Shown here piece after piece: positions 45,023-55,779 of a stretch of 64,000 nucleotides of DNA. Position 1 is the stretch's first letter. Each line of letters opens with the position of its first letter. Under the pieces are notes generated by a model that did no database searches, had not been told where the DNA came from, and saw nothing but the letters and a program-made list of their open reading frames with translations. The position numbers and the translations under genes were made by a program. Source of the DNA: a virus (taxonomy: Duplodnaviria > Heunggongvirae > Uroviricota > Caudoviricetes). The stretch spans positions 32,001 to 96,000 of IMG/VR virus record IMGVR_UViG_3300020577_007233. One strand, 5' to 3'.

Positions 45023-48000
45023 TTATATGTGAACTCTCATACTGACGAACTCATTGTTCTCAAGCTCAAACATGATTGAGAAATTCTTGACAATCGGAAC
45101 GTCTGAGTAAGAGCCGCAATAAACTTGCGATGCAAGATCATTAGCCTTGAAAGTAAACGAGTTACTGTTGTTCTCAAAAGTCTCGCCATTGTATACGTCT
45201 ATCGACAGATAATACGTCTTATTGGCGTCTATGTTAGAGGTACTTGGAGTATAGTTGACACTTATTGTTTCTCCTGGATCGGTCGTAAAACCTTCTACAG
45301 GAATGTCAGCTTCATTTACAAGCCAATTGGTAAGATCGTTACCACTAAAGGCGGTATACTTCAAATCAGTTCTTTCTGGATCGTTATAGAATCGTACCCT
45401 GAAATGCAATGTTTCAATGTTTGGACTTGTGTTCATAAAATCAAAAGATATAGTATCAACATAAGTTGTTCCGCAAGACTCTATAAAAGCATGGTCTTCA
45501 GAAACTGTCGAATTTCCAAGCTCGCTTACAGCCTCAATCTTAACATAGTAATAGGTACTACACTTGAGCGTTGTTGTTCCAACAGGAGTAAACGATAGTT
45601 GCTTTGTTTGACCTGGACCAAAGACTTCTCCGCCTGTTGAGAATATATCTCCATCAGAGCTAAAGCCAATATGGGAAACAGAACTGCTAGCGCTGTAAAC
45701 CAAGGTTGTTAGTCCTGGATCTTCATAAAAGCTGACATTGAAGTTGTAAGTTCTCTCAGAAGCGTCTGAGTTTTCAAAGTTCCATTCAACCGCATTGAAG
45801 AACAAAGGCGACCCATAAGGACTGTATTCGCCTGGAATTTCACCAGATGCTTCCGCTCTTGTTGGAGTTATGAATCTTATTCCAACCCTCATGCCGCTAC
45901 CAATCTGTCCGTCTTCTGTAGTAAAGATACGGTTTTCGTCAACAATCTGATACTCAGCAAAATCTGTTGAGTTATTCGTGTTTATACCAAAAACGATATC
46001 AGCAGCAACGGGTAGAATCTTCGTTGAAGTTACTATACCGCTCTTGATTCTGCTTGGCAGAGCAAAGTTTGTTGTAAAGAAATGAGTAGAGTCGCTAGAA
46101 ATACTCCTAATAACAACATTTCTCAAAGAGGGGCTTAGTCCTCTTACTCTGCTCTTCATAACAACTCTGAACTGAATAAACTGTCCCGACAAGAACGAAA
46201 TGTCTGCATTTTGTTCCTTAGCATCAACAGAGAATGTAAATTCCTTATCTAAGATTTCATCTTTTGTGGCCCCAGTTCTAACGTAAATAGTCACGCTAGT
46301 GTTGTCTGGAACTGTTGCATCCCAAGAAATTTTGTCCCAAGATACAAGATTGTTTGTTCCATTGAAGAATTCGCTGTAATATTCGCCAGTTTCTTCTTCA
46401 ACCAAATCGCCAGAATAGAATCTGTCGTTACCTTCTCTGAGCGATGTTGTATTGCCGGTTTCGTCAACCTTGAGAATCCTGTTGCGGTTAATAAATGCCG
46501 CGAGATCAGAAATGCTGATTTCGTCAAACAAATTAGCGTCAAGCTGTGTCTGAGACACATCTGTAAAGAGCTTAGTTTCGTTACCAGCCCTGTCAATAAG
46601 CTTAAGGTATACCTTTTTGACGTTTTCTACCCTTCCTATCTTGTAAATATAGGAATCAGAAATGAACCATATCAAACCATCTTCGCCCTCAACAACGTCC
46701 TTTATGGCTTCTCTGTGGGTATATTTGGCAGTCCAAACGTTATCAAGGTAATAGAGTGTATTGCCAATAGCGGCGTACAGTACGCCTCCAATGTTTTTCA
46801 TGGAGTAAACGGCAGATGGAACCGTCTTGAACGAATGAATAAATGGAGAGTTTGGAACCTTGGACCTCTTTACTTGCCCGCTAGAACCAAAACCTGCAAA
46901 TATATAACCTTGACCGTTAACGGTTGCTTTGCCTATACTTGTAACATTTCTATCAGCATTGACATCAACAATTTGCTGAGTATTATTCTTTGTGTCAAGT
47001 TTGTAAATTCTACCTTCGTATCCGGTTGCAGCATAAAGTTCCCTGTCAGACTCAACAAGACTATATATTGCGCCGCTTACGTTGCGGAATACTTCAGTTG
47101 TTGAAGTTCCGTCAAAACTATACAGGGCACCATAACTGCCTCCACCGCCACCAATATACAAAACCTCATCGAAAACAACTGCGCAGTAGGCGTGAGTGTT
47201 CGAGGGTAGAGTTCTCAGAAGTTCAAACTTCATTGTCCCGGTATTCAAAACCCATATCTTACCGCTTCCGTTAGGGCTTCCAGTACCAGCGTAGACTTTG
47301 CCTTGATATTCAATCAAGAACTCAACAGATGCGCTTGGGTTTGCTATACCACCAACAGTATCAAGAGTATCAATCTTATCCCATGCCTGCGTAATACCGT
47401 TGTATTTGTAGACATTCGCTGGACTTGAAGTGCCTGCCATAATAACAGGATCTCCGCCAACTGGATGATAGTTCAAAAGTCTATTTCCGCTACCACTTGT
47501 AAATGTGTATTGTCTGCTAACGCTGTCCAGAATGTCGCCTATGTTATGCAAAAGGAATCTTGTAAAAACAATAGGCTCTAAAGGAGTTTCTCCGTCGCTA
47601 GTAAAGTTGGTGAAGTTCGAAACAATCATCTTATCAATACCAGACGTTGCATCGAATACGCCTTCTGTATCAGATTCAAGAGGAGAAACATTGACTTCGA
47701 AAACGGTTCTGTCTCTTCTTGCTCCAAGAGTTATTTTGCCTGTAGGAGGGGTGCGATCCAGTATGATTCTGTCAAACGGGAGATCTGTTGTTTGATCATT
47801 AATCTGAACCGTATTTACATCTCCGCCTGTCATCGCGTAAACGCTACCACCAGAAGAAATAAGCTTTTCAAGCCTTGTAGCTTTGTTGCCTATAGCTATC
47901 TGTTGAGCCTTATTCTGCTTGAAATCTCCAAACTTCTCAACATCAAAACGTACATTGATGCTAACAATGTCAGTTTCAAAAAGAGGATAGCTAAAGCGTA

Positions 48001-51000
48001 TAAGCTTCTTTTCTGGAGAAAATGAGTAGCCTCTTGTTAGCTTATTTCCATTAAGTGATACTTCAAATACTGCGTTTGAAGGAATCTCTCTATCATCAAT
48101 ACCAACGACTCTAAATGTTTGTAGATCATCATTTTTCTTGTGAGCAACAGGACTTAGAGTAAAGTCTTGACTAGAGAATTTTGTTGTCTCTGTCTTTTCT
48201 GTAGTAAATGACTCTTCGATAAAAGTAATCTGAAACACATTGTAAGTTGAAGCAATCCAAAGAATGTTTGGATCTTTCCATATAACAGAACGGGCATTTA
48301 CGAAAATTGGAACATTTACGTCTCCAACACCTACTTGATTAATGGATGCAGGAGGAGCATTTGTGTTATCAAAGTTCAAAGGAAGAACGCTTATACCAAC
48401 CATCTTGTTGACACCAGAAGTGGTTGCTATATACCTAATGGCCGTATTTCTAATTGCAATATCATTGATTCTGTTCGAGTTCAATCCGTTAGCTGTCGTG
48501 AATACGCTGACTCCGTTGCTGTCGTAACGAATAAGACCCTTATCAGAACCAATCCAAGCAACATCACCAGCATCAGTTCTTACAACATTCAGCGTGTTTG
48601 ATGGTAAACCGTTTTCGGTAGTGAAATGCTGAACCTCAGAAGCAACGATATCTATTGAACGGTTAGTCTGATTTACATTTTCCTTTGTTACAAGAATCTT
48701 GTTATATGTGTTGACAAGGTTGACAACATACAAACCATTATTTGTGCATACGAAAAGATTGTCAAGATTGTCAACTTCTATAGCGTTTGCCTCTGAAGCT
48801 CCAAAATTCAACTTGAAAAAGTACGAATGGTCAGCACTTGCGTAAACGCCCTGAGACGTAGCAAGATACATATTAGACTTCTTATCAAAGGATATACCGT
48901 TGACCGTAAGTTCTTTTACGTTTGAACTATCCGAGTCAACAACATAAGCCTTCTTAGTTGTCTTGTTATAGAAAATGAGACCATTTTCTGTTCCAAGCCA
49001 TGCGTCTCCTCGATTATTTGTTGCAGTAGAAAGAACCTGCTTGTTGGGAATATTGGTTGTAGCAGAAGAAACAAGTCCTATCTTGAATGGATTTACGGCA
49101 TCAGAAAGGTAGTATTTTAGACTTCCAACAACAAGCCTTGTTGAAAGATTATCAGAGAAGTCTCCGAAACGAAGTTCCTTTCTATTCAAAGAACCATCCA
49201 ATCTCAAGTCAAGATCGACGGTAACATCAAACATTGGAACCATTGTCTTGCTTGAGAAATCAATAACCCTTGCTTGCGTGAACAAATCCCGATTAGGAAT
49301 GTTCTCGTTAGCAGGTGAAACTTCCGAACTCTCAAACAGAATATGCAAATAACTACTAAACTTACGAGATATCGTTGGTCTGTAGCATTGTCTTGGAAGG
49401 CCAAAATCAAACTCTACGTCAAAGCTTGTAGTATAGCCAGCAGGTGGAAACTGATTACTGCTAATCCACTTCTGATTGTAAGCATCCCATTTGATTGCAT
49501 ATACGCCAGGACTCTTGAAGCTAACATCGCTTTCTCTAGCAGAGTATGGGTCATAAGGAGAAGCAATCTTTTCCTGTTGTTTCTCGAATACAACGAATAT
49601 ATCTCCCGTAGAAGTGTTAAGACCGCAACGAGGGTGAGTGGAATCAAAATCTCCGCTCGTAAGTTGCATTACAGGTTTAGCAAAAACAAGTCTTGAGTTT
49701 ATGAAACGACCAAACAACTGGTAGTTATAGTCAACAACGTCATTCCATACAACAGCAACTTGACCCTTCAAGTCAACAACAAGGTCCGAGTTATCAGCCT
49801 TAGAGAAAAACAGACCGGAGACAGAGAAATCGCTTCCGCCCTGACCGCTTGATACCCAGTTCTTAGATCCATCATCGTAGGCTGCCATCTTAATAGAAGA
49901 CGATCCATTGCGATTGAAAGATGTCCAAGAAACATACAGTTTAGTATTGTTTGCTATGAGAGCGGGTCTCTTTGCTCCAACAGGATCTGCTGTTATTTGA
50001 ATGTCCGTCCCGCCGAAAATAGCGCTTTCCCACTGTCCATTAGATGCACTTCTGCGACAATAGAAAATTTGAGGATGACCATTTCTGTAGTCTTCCCAAA
50101 CAACGTGTACATTGTCCTTAACGTCTATTGCCACCTTTGGAGCAAAAGAATCATAAAGGTTGGATGTAAGAAGGAAAGGATCAGACCATGAAGTTCCATT
50201 GCCATAAACAACAGATATGTCAGTGTAATCGCCTCTTGTTGTTTCATAAACGACATATATACCGCCAGCAGAGTCAACGGCTATGCACGGATTTGAAGAG
50301 CTAAAAGCGTCTGACACTATAAGCTCTGGTTCTCCCCATCCTTCGCTTGACGTAAACTTGTTGTAGTAAATTTGTCTACGACTCAATCCCAAACCATCAT
50401 CATGCCATGCTGCATGCATTACACCAAATCTGTCTGTAAATACAGATGGACGACCTGCGTTACCCTGATTCGTGCCAGAAGTTCTGGTTGTTGTTTCTGC
50501 TATAAGTTGATATGATTGGTCTGTGCTTTTCTTACCAAAGAGTTTCAGTTTCGTCTTCTTGCCCATTAAGCGATACTGAGTCATTGAGGTTGTGTCGTAT
50601 ACAAAAGACTGCTCAGTTCCTTCGAAAACAACCTCTTGAGGCAAGAACCAAAGATTTTCTGAACAAAGACCGTCATTAACGTAAAGCCCAACTCCCTTGG
50701 GTTTTCCGACAGTAGACGGGGTATCGCTGTCTTCAACTTCGTCAACCCTGAAATCAAAATCAACAGTCCAGCCCTTTTCGTTGTCAACCCTATCAAACCA
50801 AGGAGTTCCTTTCTTTCTATGGGCGTAAAACCACTTACCAGTTGACAGTGTTCCGTAAGGACTTGGGTTGTAAGTGTCTATGATCTGATAATCTCCGTAG
50901 AGATTGTATTCAGGGAACAGTGATGTTTGAGGAAGAGTTGTAAGCCTGCTAGCAACCTGAGAACCCACACCGTTAAGAGCAACAACATCGTAGAACAAAG

Positions 51001-53287
51001 AGAAGAAATAGTTAATAGAAGAAGTCAAGGACTTCAGTTCAATCACAAGTTCATCTATTGTTTTGCCGACCAAAGAGGTTGAATAAACTTCTGTTGAAGT
51101 TCCTGCAAGGAATATCTTCAACTCACTACTTTCTGTTATTTGAACATCAAAGCTATAGCTAAAGATAGAATCATAAAGAGATAGAAAACTAAGCGCCTGA
51201 ACGTTAGCCGTTACAAGTGCTGATTCGGAAGACAAAAGCGTTGTTCTGTTAGATATGGTTGTATCTATAACAAGGCCTTCTTGTATGTAACTAACAGCGG
51301 TAAATGGCGTTGTCTTTACGAGTTCCCAAAAATTGATCTTAGGATCGAATCCGGCAATAAATGTAGAATCACTATCATACTTTGGTATGAAATAGCTATC
51401 AAAATAGCTAGCGCCTTTGGAGTGAGCAATATACAAGATACTCTCGTCAGGAGAAAGAGTTAGGCCGTTAACTTTGAGATCGAAAACATCTACGCTTTCA
51501 GTAGAAGCAAGAACGGGCTTCTCTGTTTCTATAATCTTGTAGGTTTCGCCGCTCTCAGCCGCATTTAGAGGGTTTGAAGCAACAAGAACATTGCCTTCAT
51601 GTTCTGTTATATCAGAAATAGAAGACCCTGTAAAGTCAATAAATCGTTCTAAGTGAATGCTTGAATATACAGAAGAACCAGGTTCATAATACCCGTCTAT
51701 GTTATATGCTATTCTCTTGAAATAGCCTGTAACTTCAGAACCGGCACTAGACCCAACTTCAATAAATCTATCACTTGAAAACTCGTTAAACAAATCTGAA
51801 CCGTCAAGAATAAGCGAATTTTCTGCGTAAACCTTGATTGTGTTTTTCTTACCAACAATTATGATATTTCTTGGTTTTGTCAAGTCCAGGTCGAAAGACA
51901 AAACAGAACTTGCTCCGAGAAGAAGCTGAGCCTTGTTTGTGTAGAAACGAATTTCAGCGAATCGCTGTCCATCTCCCAGTGAGATTCTTTGATATCCTTC
52001 TTCGCCAATAACGCTTACGGCAAGTTCAATAGTCCATCCTGTTTCATTGGAAACATCTCTTTCCCAAAGATTGCCAGCGACCCTAAAGCGGCTTGTTTCG
52101 TAGTGTTCAAACAAATCGTTCGTATCACTAGAAGCAACGGATATGTAATAATCAACACCCCTTCTAACAAGGTTATCTGGTATTGTAAACTTGAAATCAT
52201 AGCTCTCAATAATAGTAGAAAAGACGTTCGAGGCTCCTGGCGCTGTTCCAAGCCTCAACGAAGCAAATCTCGCAGATCTATCAAACGGCTGAATAACATC
52301 CCACTCTATTGTTGGATTTACGCTATTTACGCCAAGATTTTCAACAAGACCATCAACCCTAAGATTGATAGCCCTAAATCCTGCGTCTTGTATAGTAACC
52401 GTATTAGAAGCAACAATGTCGCCGGAAAAGATTCCGTCACTAGGTGTGACAGTAAAGTATACTTCATCATTAGGCTTGAAAGCAAGTCGAACAAATCTTT
52501 GATCGTCAGCCTCAGAAATAACATTACCATTGATGTACCACCTAATAAGGCTCTTGTCCTTAAGAAGCAGTTTACCAGAATCCGAATCATTAACAACATA
52601 GTTTGCTTCAAGTATATCGTTTACGTTTGGATTGATAGGTAGAATCTGAAGGCTATCAATAACTGGCGGCTTCTTAGAAACAACTACTGCGGAAGCAAAT
52701 ACTGTTGGACCTTTTTCCATCCCGTCATCAGGAGTTGCTTCTGCATACCAGGTGTCACCAAACCTAACGTATTCGCTTGATATCTTTTGGTAGTTATCAA
52801 ACTGACTGTAATGTATTCCGTTCCTGAACCATTTTGTCTTGATAACAGAAACTTCCGTTGTGTTACCAAGCTTAAGTTCGAGATCATTTCCTTCTGAAGG
52901 CTCGTCAGGAGATATTTTGGCAGAAGTCAAAAAGGGAAGACGGTTAATGTTGAATGAGAACTTTACCCAATCGCTTTCCTCATTGGTTGTGTCTTTTACT
53001 CTTATTTGTCCATAGAAAATCTCGCCTCTTTGAACGAACTTAGGCTTGAATCTCCAATACTGGGATCGGTCTCTAGCGTATGGTTGACGAACAACATCAG
53101 ATGCAAAAGAAGAAGAACCCCAGTTGATGGCATGCTTGGCTATTCTAATTTCATAGGAAAGCTGCTTAATGGCAGGAGTCGTTGTGGCTATTTCCCAGTT
53201 AATGGAAATGATATCAAGAGGAACTGTTATTACACTTCCTCCAACTTCTTGATTGTTGACACTAACCTTTGTTATCGTAATTGCCAT
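45023..53287 (-). CDS. giant (2,754 aa) putative virion protein with Ig-like, BNR and regulator-propeller repeats
   Basis: IRWYING Ig-like repeats; HVVWED.R.G..QIFY repeats; FTTENGLPSN...WIGSDKGL and FTTANGLNSN propeller repeats. Confidence 0.8.
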   Translation of the reverse strand: MAITITKVSVNNQEVGGSVITVPLDIISINWEIATTTPAIKQLSYEIRIAKHAINWGSSSFASDVVRQPYARDRSQYWRFKPKFVQRGEIFYGQIRVKDTTNEESDWVKFSFNINRLPFLTSAKISPDEPSEGNDLELKLGNTTEVSVIKTKWFRNGIHYSQFDNYQKISSEYVRFGDTWYAEATPDDGMEKGPTVFASAVVVSKKPPVIDSLQILPINPNVNDILEANYVVNDSDSGKLLLKDKSLIRWYINGNVISEADDQRFVRLAFKPNDEVYFTVTPSDGIFSGDIVASNTVTIQDAGFRAINLRVDGLVENLGVNSVNPTIEWDVIQPFDRSARFASLRLGTAPGASNVFSTIIESYDFKFTIPDNLVRRGVDYYISVASSDTNDLFEHYETSRFRVAGNLWERDVSNETGWTIELAVSVIGEEGYQRISLGDGQRFAEIRFYTNKAQLLLGASSVLSFDLDLTKPRNIIIVGKKNTIKVYAENSLILDGSDLFNEFSSDRFIEVGSSAGSEVTGYFKRIAYNIDGYYEPGSSVYSSIHLERFIDFTGSSISDITEHEGNVLVASNPLNAAESGETYKIIETEKPVLASTESVDVFDLKVNGLTLSPDESILYIAHSKGASYFDSYFIPKYDSDSTFIAGFDPKINFWELVKTTPFTAVSYIQEGLVIDTTISNRTTLLSSESALVTANVQALSFLSLYDSIFSYSFDVQITESSELKIFLAGTSTEVYSTSLVGKTIDELVIELKSLTSSINYFFSLFYDVVALNGVGSQVASRLTTLPQTSLFPEYNLYGDYQIIDTYNPSPYGTLSTGKWFYAHRKKGTPWFDRVDNEKGWTVDFDFRVDEVEDSDTPSTVGKPKGVGLYVNDGLCSENLWFLPQEVVFEGTEQSFVYDTTSMTQYRLMGKKTKLKLFGKKSTDQSYQLIAETTTRTSGTNQGNAGRPSVFTDRFGVMHAAWHDDGLGLSRRQIYYNKFTSSEGWGEPELIVSDAFSSSNPCIAVDSAGGIYVVYETTRGDYTDISVVYGNGTSWSDPFLLTSNLYDSFAPKVAIDVKDNVHVVWEDYRNGHPQIFYCRRSASNGQWESAIFGGTDIQITADPVGAKRPALIANNTKLYVSWTSFNRNGSSSIKMAAYDDGSKNWVSSGQGGSDFSVSGLFFSKADNSDLVVDLKGQVAVVWNDVVDYNYQLFGRFINSRLVFAKPVMQLTSGDFDSTHPRCGLNTSTGDIFVVFEKQQEKIASPYDPYSARESDVSFKSPGVYAIKWDAYNQKWISSNQFPPAGYTTSFDVEFDFGLPRQCYRPTISRKFSSYLHILFESSEVSPANENIPNRDLFTQARVIDFSSKTMVPMFDVTVDLDLRLDGSLNRKELRFGDFSDNLSTRLVVGSLKYYLSDAVNPFKIGLVSSATTNIPNKQVLSTATNNRGDAWLGTENGLIFYNKTTKKAYVVDSDSSNVKELTVNGISFDKKSNMYLATSQGVYASADHSYFFKLNFGASEANAIEVDNLDNLFVCTNNGLYVVNLVNTYNKILVTKENVNQTNRSIDIVASEVQHFTTENGLPSNTLNVVRTDAGDVAWIGSDKGLIRYDSNGVSVFTTANGLNSNRINDIAIRNTAIRYIATTSGVNKMVGISVLPLNFDNTNAPPASINQVGVGDVNVPIFVNARSVIWKDPNILWIASTYNVFQITFIEESFTTEKTETTKFSSQDFTLSPVAHKKNDDLQTFRVVGIDDREIPSNAVFEVSLNGNKLTRGYSFSPEKKLIRFSYPLFETDIVSINVRFDVEKFGDFKQNKAQQIAIGNKATRLEKLISSGGSVYAMTGGDVNTVQINDQTTDLPFDRIILDRTPPTGKITLGARRDRTVFEVNVSPLESDTEGVFDATSGIDKMIVSNFTNFTSDGETPLEPIVFTRFLLHNIGDILDSVSRQYTFTSGSGNRLLNYHPVGGDPVIMAGTSSPANVYKYNGITQAWDKIDTLDTVGGIANPSASVEFLIEYQGKVYAGTGSPNGSGKIWVLNTGTMKFELLRTLPSNTHAYCAVVFDEVLYIGGGGGSYGALYSFDGTSTTEVFRNVSGAIYSLVESDRELYAATGYEGRIYKLDTKNNTQQIVDVNADRNVTSIGKATVNGQGYIFAGFGSSGQVKRSKVPNSPFIHSFKTVPSAVYSMKNIGGVLYAAIGNTLYYLDNVWTAKYTHREAIKDVVEGEDGLIWFISDSYIYKIGRVENVKKVYLKLIDRAGNETKLFTDVSQTQLDANLFDEISISDLAAFINRNRILKVDETGNTTSLREGNDRFYSGDLVEEETGEYYSEFFNGTNNLVSWDKISWDATVPDNTSVTIYVRTGATKDEILDKEFTFSVDAKEQNADISFLSGQFIQFRVVMKSRVRGLSPSLRNVVIRSISSDSTHFFTTNFALPSRIKSGIVTSTKILPVAADIVFGINTNNSTDFAEYQIVDENRIFTTEDGQIGSGMRVGIRFITPTRAEASGEIPGEYSPYGSPLFFNAVEWNFENSDASERTYNFNVSFYEDPGLTTLVYSASSSVSHIGFSSDGDIFSTGGEVFGPGQTKQLSFTPVGTTTLKCSTYYYVKIEAVSELGNSTVSEDHAFIESCGTTYVDTISFDFMNTSPNIETLHFRVRFYNDPERTDLKYTAFSGNDLTNWLVNEADIPVEGFTTDPGETISVNYTPSTSNIDANKTYYLSIDVYNGETFENNSNSFTFKANDLASQVYCGSYSDVPIVKNFSIMFELENNEFVSMRVHI

Positions 53288-53291
53288 TTAT

Positions 53292-54359
53292 TCATATCCT
53301 AACCGAGGCCTTAAAAAGCTTCAGGGCACCATTCTCTACGCTAACAATAGAGTCGGCATCAAAGATGTTTTTCTTTACGAACTTGATTTCGTCTTGGCTG
53401 GCAAAATCCCTTCTGACTTGCCACATCGTCCTATCCCCCTTGAACAGAACTCCATCGTTACGTCCGGCATAGAAATTCTTGCCGTTACTTAGCACTGACG
53501 TAACCCCAAGCGATGTTGGGTCATCGAATGCGAAACAATTACTTACAATACCTTGATAGAAAAGAGATTGTTCAACAATAGCTTCTGCCCCAACGTTAAT
53601 GATCTTTGCGATAGTCTTTCCGTCAACAGTATACTTACCTGAAAATACTACTTCATCTAAAAGGCCTGCATTGTTTCTAAGAAGAGAACTATAACCAATT
53701 GCAGAGTTGTTAATGTGGAAATATACAGACGAGTTATCATTTAGATTCTCTGGAATAGAAAGACCATCCTCAGAAAAAAGCCTTACAGCTTTGCCGTCAA
53801 TAAACACGTTCAGCTTTCTAGACGGTCCATAATAAGAAATCCAAAAATGATGAAACTTACCGCTTAAGTAAGCCTCAGTCTCAACCACAACATCCGTTCC
53901 GTCAGAAGAGCGAAGATAAATCTTCAAAACGTTCAACCCATCTTCTCTGCATTCTTCGTAAAAAGCAAACGTACCATCTGTTGCTGTAACAAAGCCAGTG
54001 GAACTTGAATAAGAAAAGTTAGACTTGTCAAACAGCGACATACGATAATAAACAGAAGTGTTAGTCAGCGGATTGACTGTTGGTGAAATCCAAAAAGGCC
54101 TAAGCCAAAAACCAAAAGAAAACTCATCCGTCTTGGATAACAAAAGAGGGAGAAAAAGAGAAGCTTTAGGTCTCATTCTAAGACCATTACCGTAAACTGA
54201 TTTTTCAGGAAAAGAGTATTGCTCACCCGAAGATTGAAGAAGCTGATCGCTAAGCTCTTCTCTGAATGGGCTTGATTCAAACTTCATCAAGAACTTGGCA
54301 TTGCTTATCAAAGATCTTGAATAGTCTGCTTTGGCTATGTTTAGGTCAATCGTTTCCAT
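53292..54359 (-). CDS. LamG/concanavalin-like domain protein, putative virion component
   Basis: FSFGFWLRP, FHHFWISY, LNVFIDG, GLLDEV. Confidence 0.65.
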   Translation of the reverse strand: METIDLNIAKADYSRSLISNAKFLMKFESSPFREELSDQLLQSSGEQYSFPEKSVYGNGLRMRPKASLFLPLLLSKTDEFSFGFWLRPFWISPTVNPLTNTSVYYRMSLFDKSNFSYSSSTGFVTATDGTFAFYEECREDGLNVLKIYLRSSDGTDVVVETEAYLSGKFHHFWISYYGPSRKLNVFIDGKAVRLFSEDGLSIPENLNDNSSVYFHINNSAIGYSSLLRNNAGLLDEVVFSGKYTVDGKTIAKIINVGAEAIVEQSLFYQGIVSNCFAFDDPTSLGVTSVLSNGKNFYAGRNDGVLFKGDRTMWQVRRDFASQDEIKFVKKNIFDADSIVSVENGALKLFKASVRI

Positions 54360-54360
54360 A

Positions 54361-55779
54361 TTAGACTTTGCTATATTTTACACTAAGAGAGAACCTGTTA
54401 TTAGGGAATTCGTCATTTGACTCTGCAATACTTCTTTCGATCCAAACATAAACAACTTCATTTGGTCTTAAATCGCTACCACTAAGCCTATTGCCTCCAA
54501 CGTTTATCGAAACTGCACTTTCCTCGTTTGTAACATCGTAAAAGGCCGAAACTCTCGAACCTGAAGGAGCTTTTGTGCCTGATTTTGTTCTTTGACTTGG
54601 AGCGGTGTCTATGTAGAAAGAATCTCCAACGCCTATTGTATAAGGTAGTCTTTGATCAAGTTCAATCGTGCCGCTAGTTGGGTTGTAAGATTTGACAATT
54701 CTTACTTGACCAATATTCTGACCACTTGTAAAGACAAGAGGGGCTGAAACAAAATGAGACGAGTCAAACTCGCCAACCAAATCTGTAACAGTAAATGCCG
54801 TTATACCGCTCGTCGATGCGGTTCCTGCAAAATAATCGCTCAACGGAGCTTCTATAGCAAGACGTATCCTTGATAGGTTATTTCTACTGTTAACATTGAA
54901 AAATACCTTCATATTTTTGGCGACATCACTTGTGTTAATGTTTTTGATCGCAACGCATCTGTATTGTTTTCGATCCGGGCCAAAGTTAGTATCAAAGAAA
55001 TCATTCTTAAGTATCTCTCTAACAATAGAATTCTTCGGATGCATTCTAAGCGGAGTGTCAAAAGAGTTTCTTTCGGAAATATATGCTATGTTACCGACCC
55101 ATTTGCCAACTTTCATGATCTCATCATTTATTTGAACATATTCAGACTTCTGTAGATCTACCAACGAGAACCTAGGACTCAAAGATTGAGGATTAATGTA
55201 GATAACACTGTCATATATAGACATAGTATCAGACAATAGCAATCCGTCATGTATTTCGCTTAGGCTTACATACCCCCCAAGCGATTGAACGAGATTATTT
55301 TGTACAGCAACTGGTTCAGCAGACGTAAGAATGAATCTGATATCTTGATCTAACGAAGAAAATACCGAGTTAACATCAATGTTTGTTGAATTGAAATAGG
55401 CCCACTTGCCTGAGATGTCAACAAATGCGGTATCACTTAGTATGAGGGTTGAAGTAAACCCCGCTGAGTTAATAACATCAGCAGATACATCAGGATAAGT
55501 ATTGAGTAAAGTTACTAGATCGTCAATCGTTTGACCAACAAGGGGAATCTGTATAACAGTTGACTCTACTCCACTCTCGTCCTTGAATACAACAGCAAAA
55601 ATCTTTACGTCATTAGCTGTCAAGATACAGGCTTTAGCTGATGTAAATAGCGTTATTGATGTTTCGCTCTTTACGAATTGTACCCTAAAGACAGAAAGAC
55701 TGTCACCAACATATGATGGAACAGTCTCTGAGGTCAAGTTGTAAGTGCCTGAAAATTCTGGCTTGTCAAGAACGCTCAT
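54361..55779 (-). CDS. hypothetical beta-rich putative virion protein
   Basis: 472-aa ORF within the structural cluster; QINDEIM, GQVRIVKSY segments. Confidence 0.65.
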   Translation of the reverse strand: MSVLDKPEFSGTYNLTSETVPSYVGDSLSVFRVQFVKSETSITLFTSAKACILTANDVKIFAVVFKDESGVESTVIQIPLVGQTIDDLVTLLNTYPDVSADVINSAGFTSTLILSDTAFVDISGKWAYFNSTNIDVNSVFSSLDQDIRFILTSAEPVAVQNNLVQSLGGYVSLSEIHDGLLLSDTMSIYDSVIYINPQSLSPRFSLVDLQKSEYVQINDEIMKVGKWVGNIAYISERNSFDTPLRMHPKNSIVREILKNDFFDTNFGPDRKQYRCVAIKNINTSDVAKNMKVFFNVNSRNNLSRIRLAIEAPLSDYFAGTASTSGITAFTVTDLVGEFDSSHFVSAPLVFTSGQNIGQVRIVKSYNPTSGTIELDQRLPYTIGVGDSFYIDTAPSQRTKSGTKAPSGSRVSAFYDVTNEESAVSINVGGNRLSGSDLRPNEVVYVWIERSIAESNDEFPNNRFSLSVKYSKV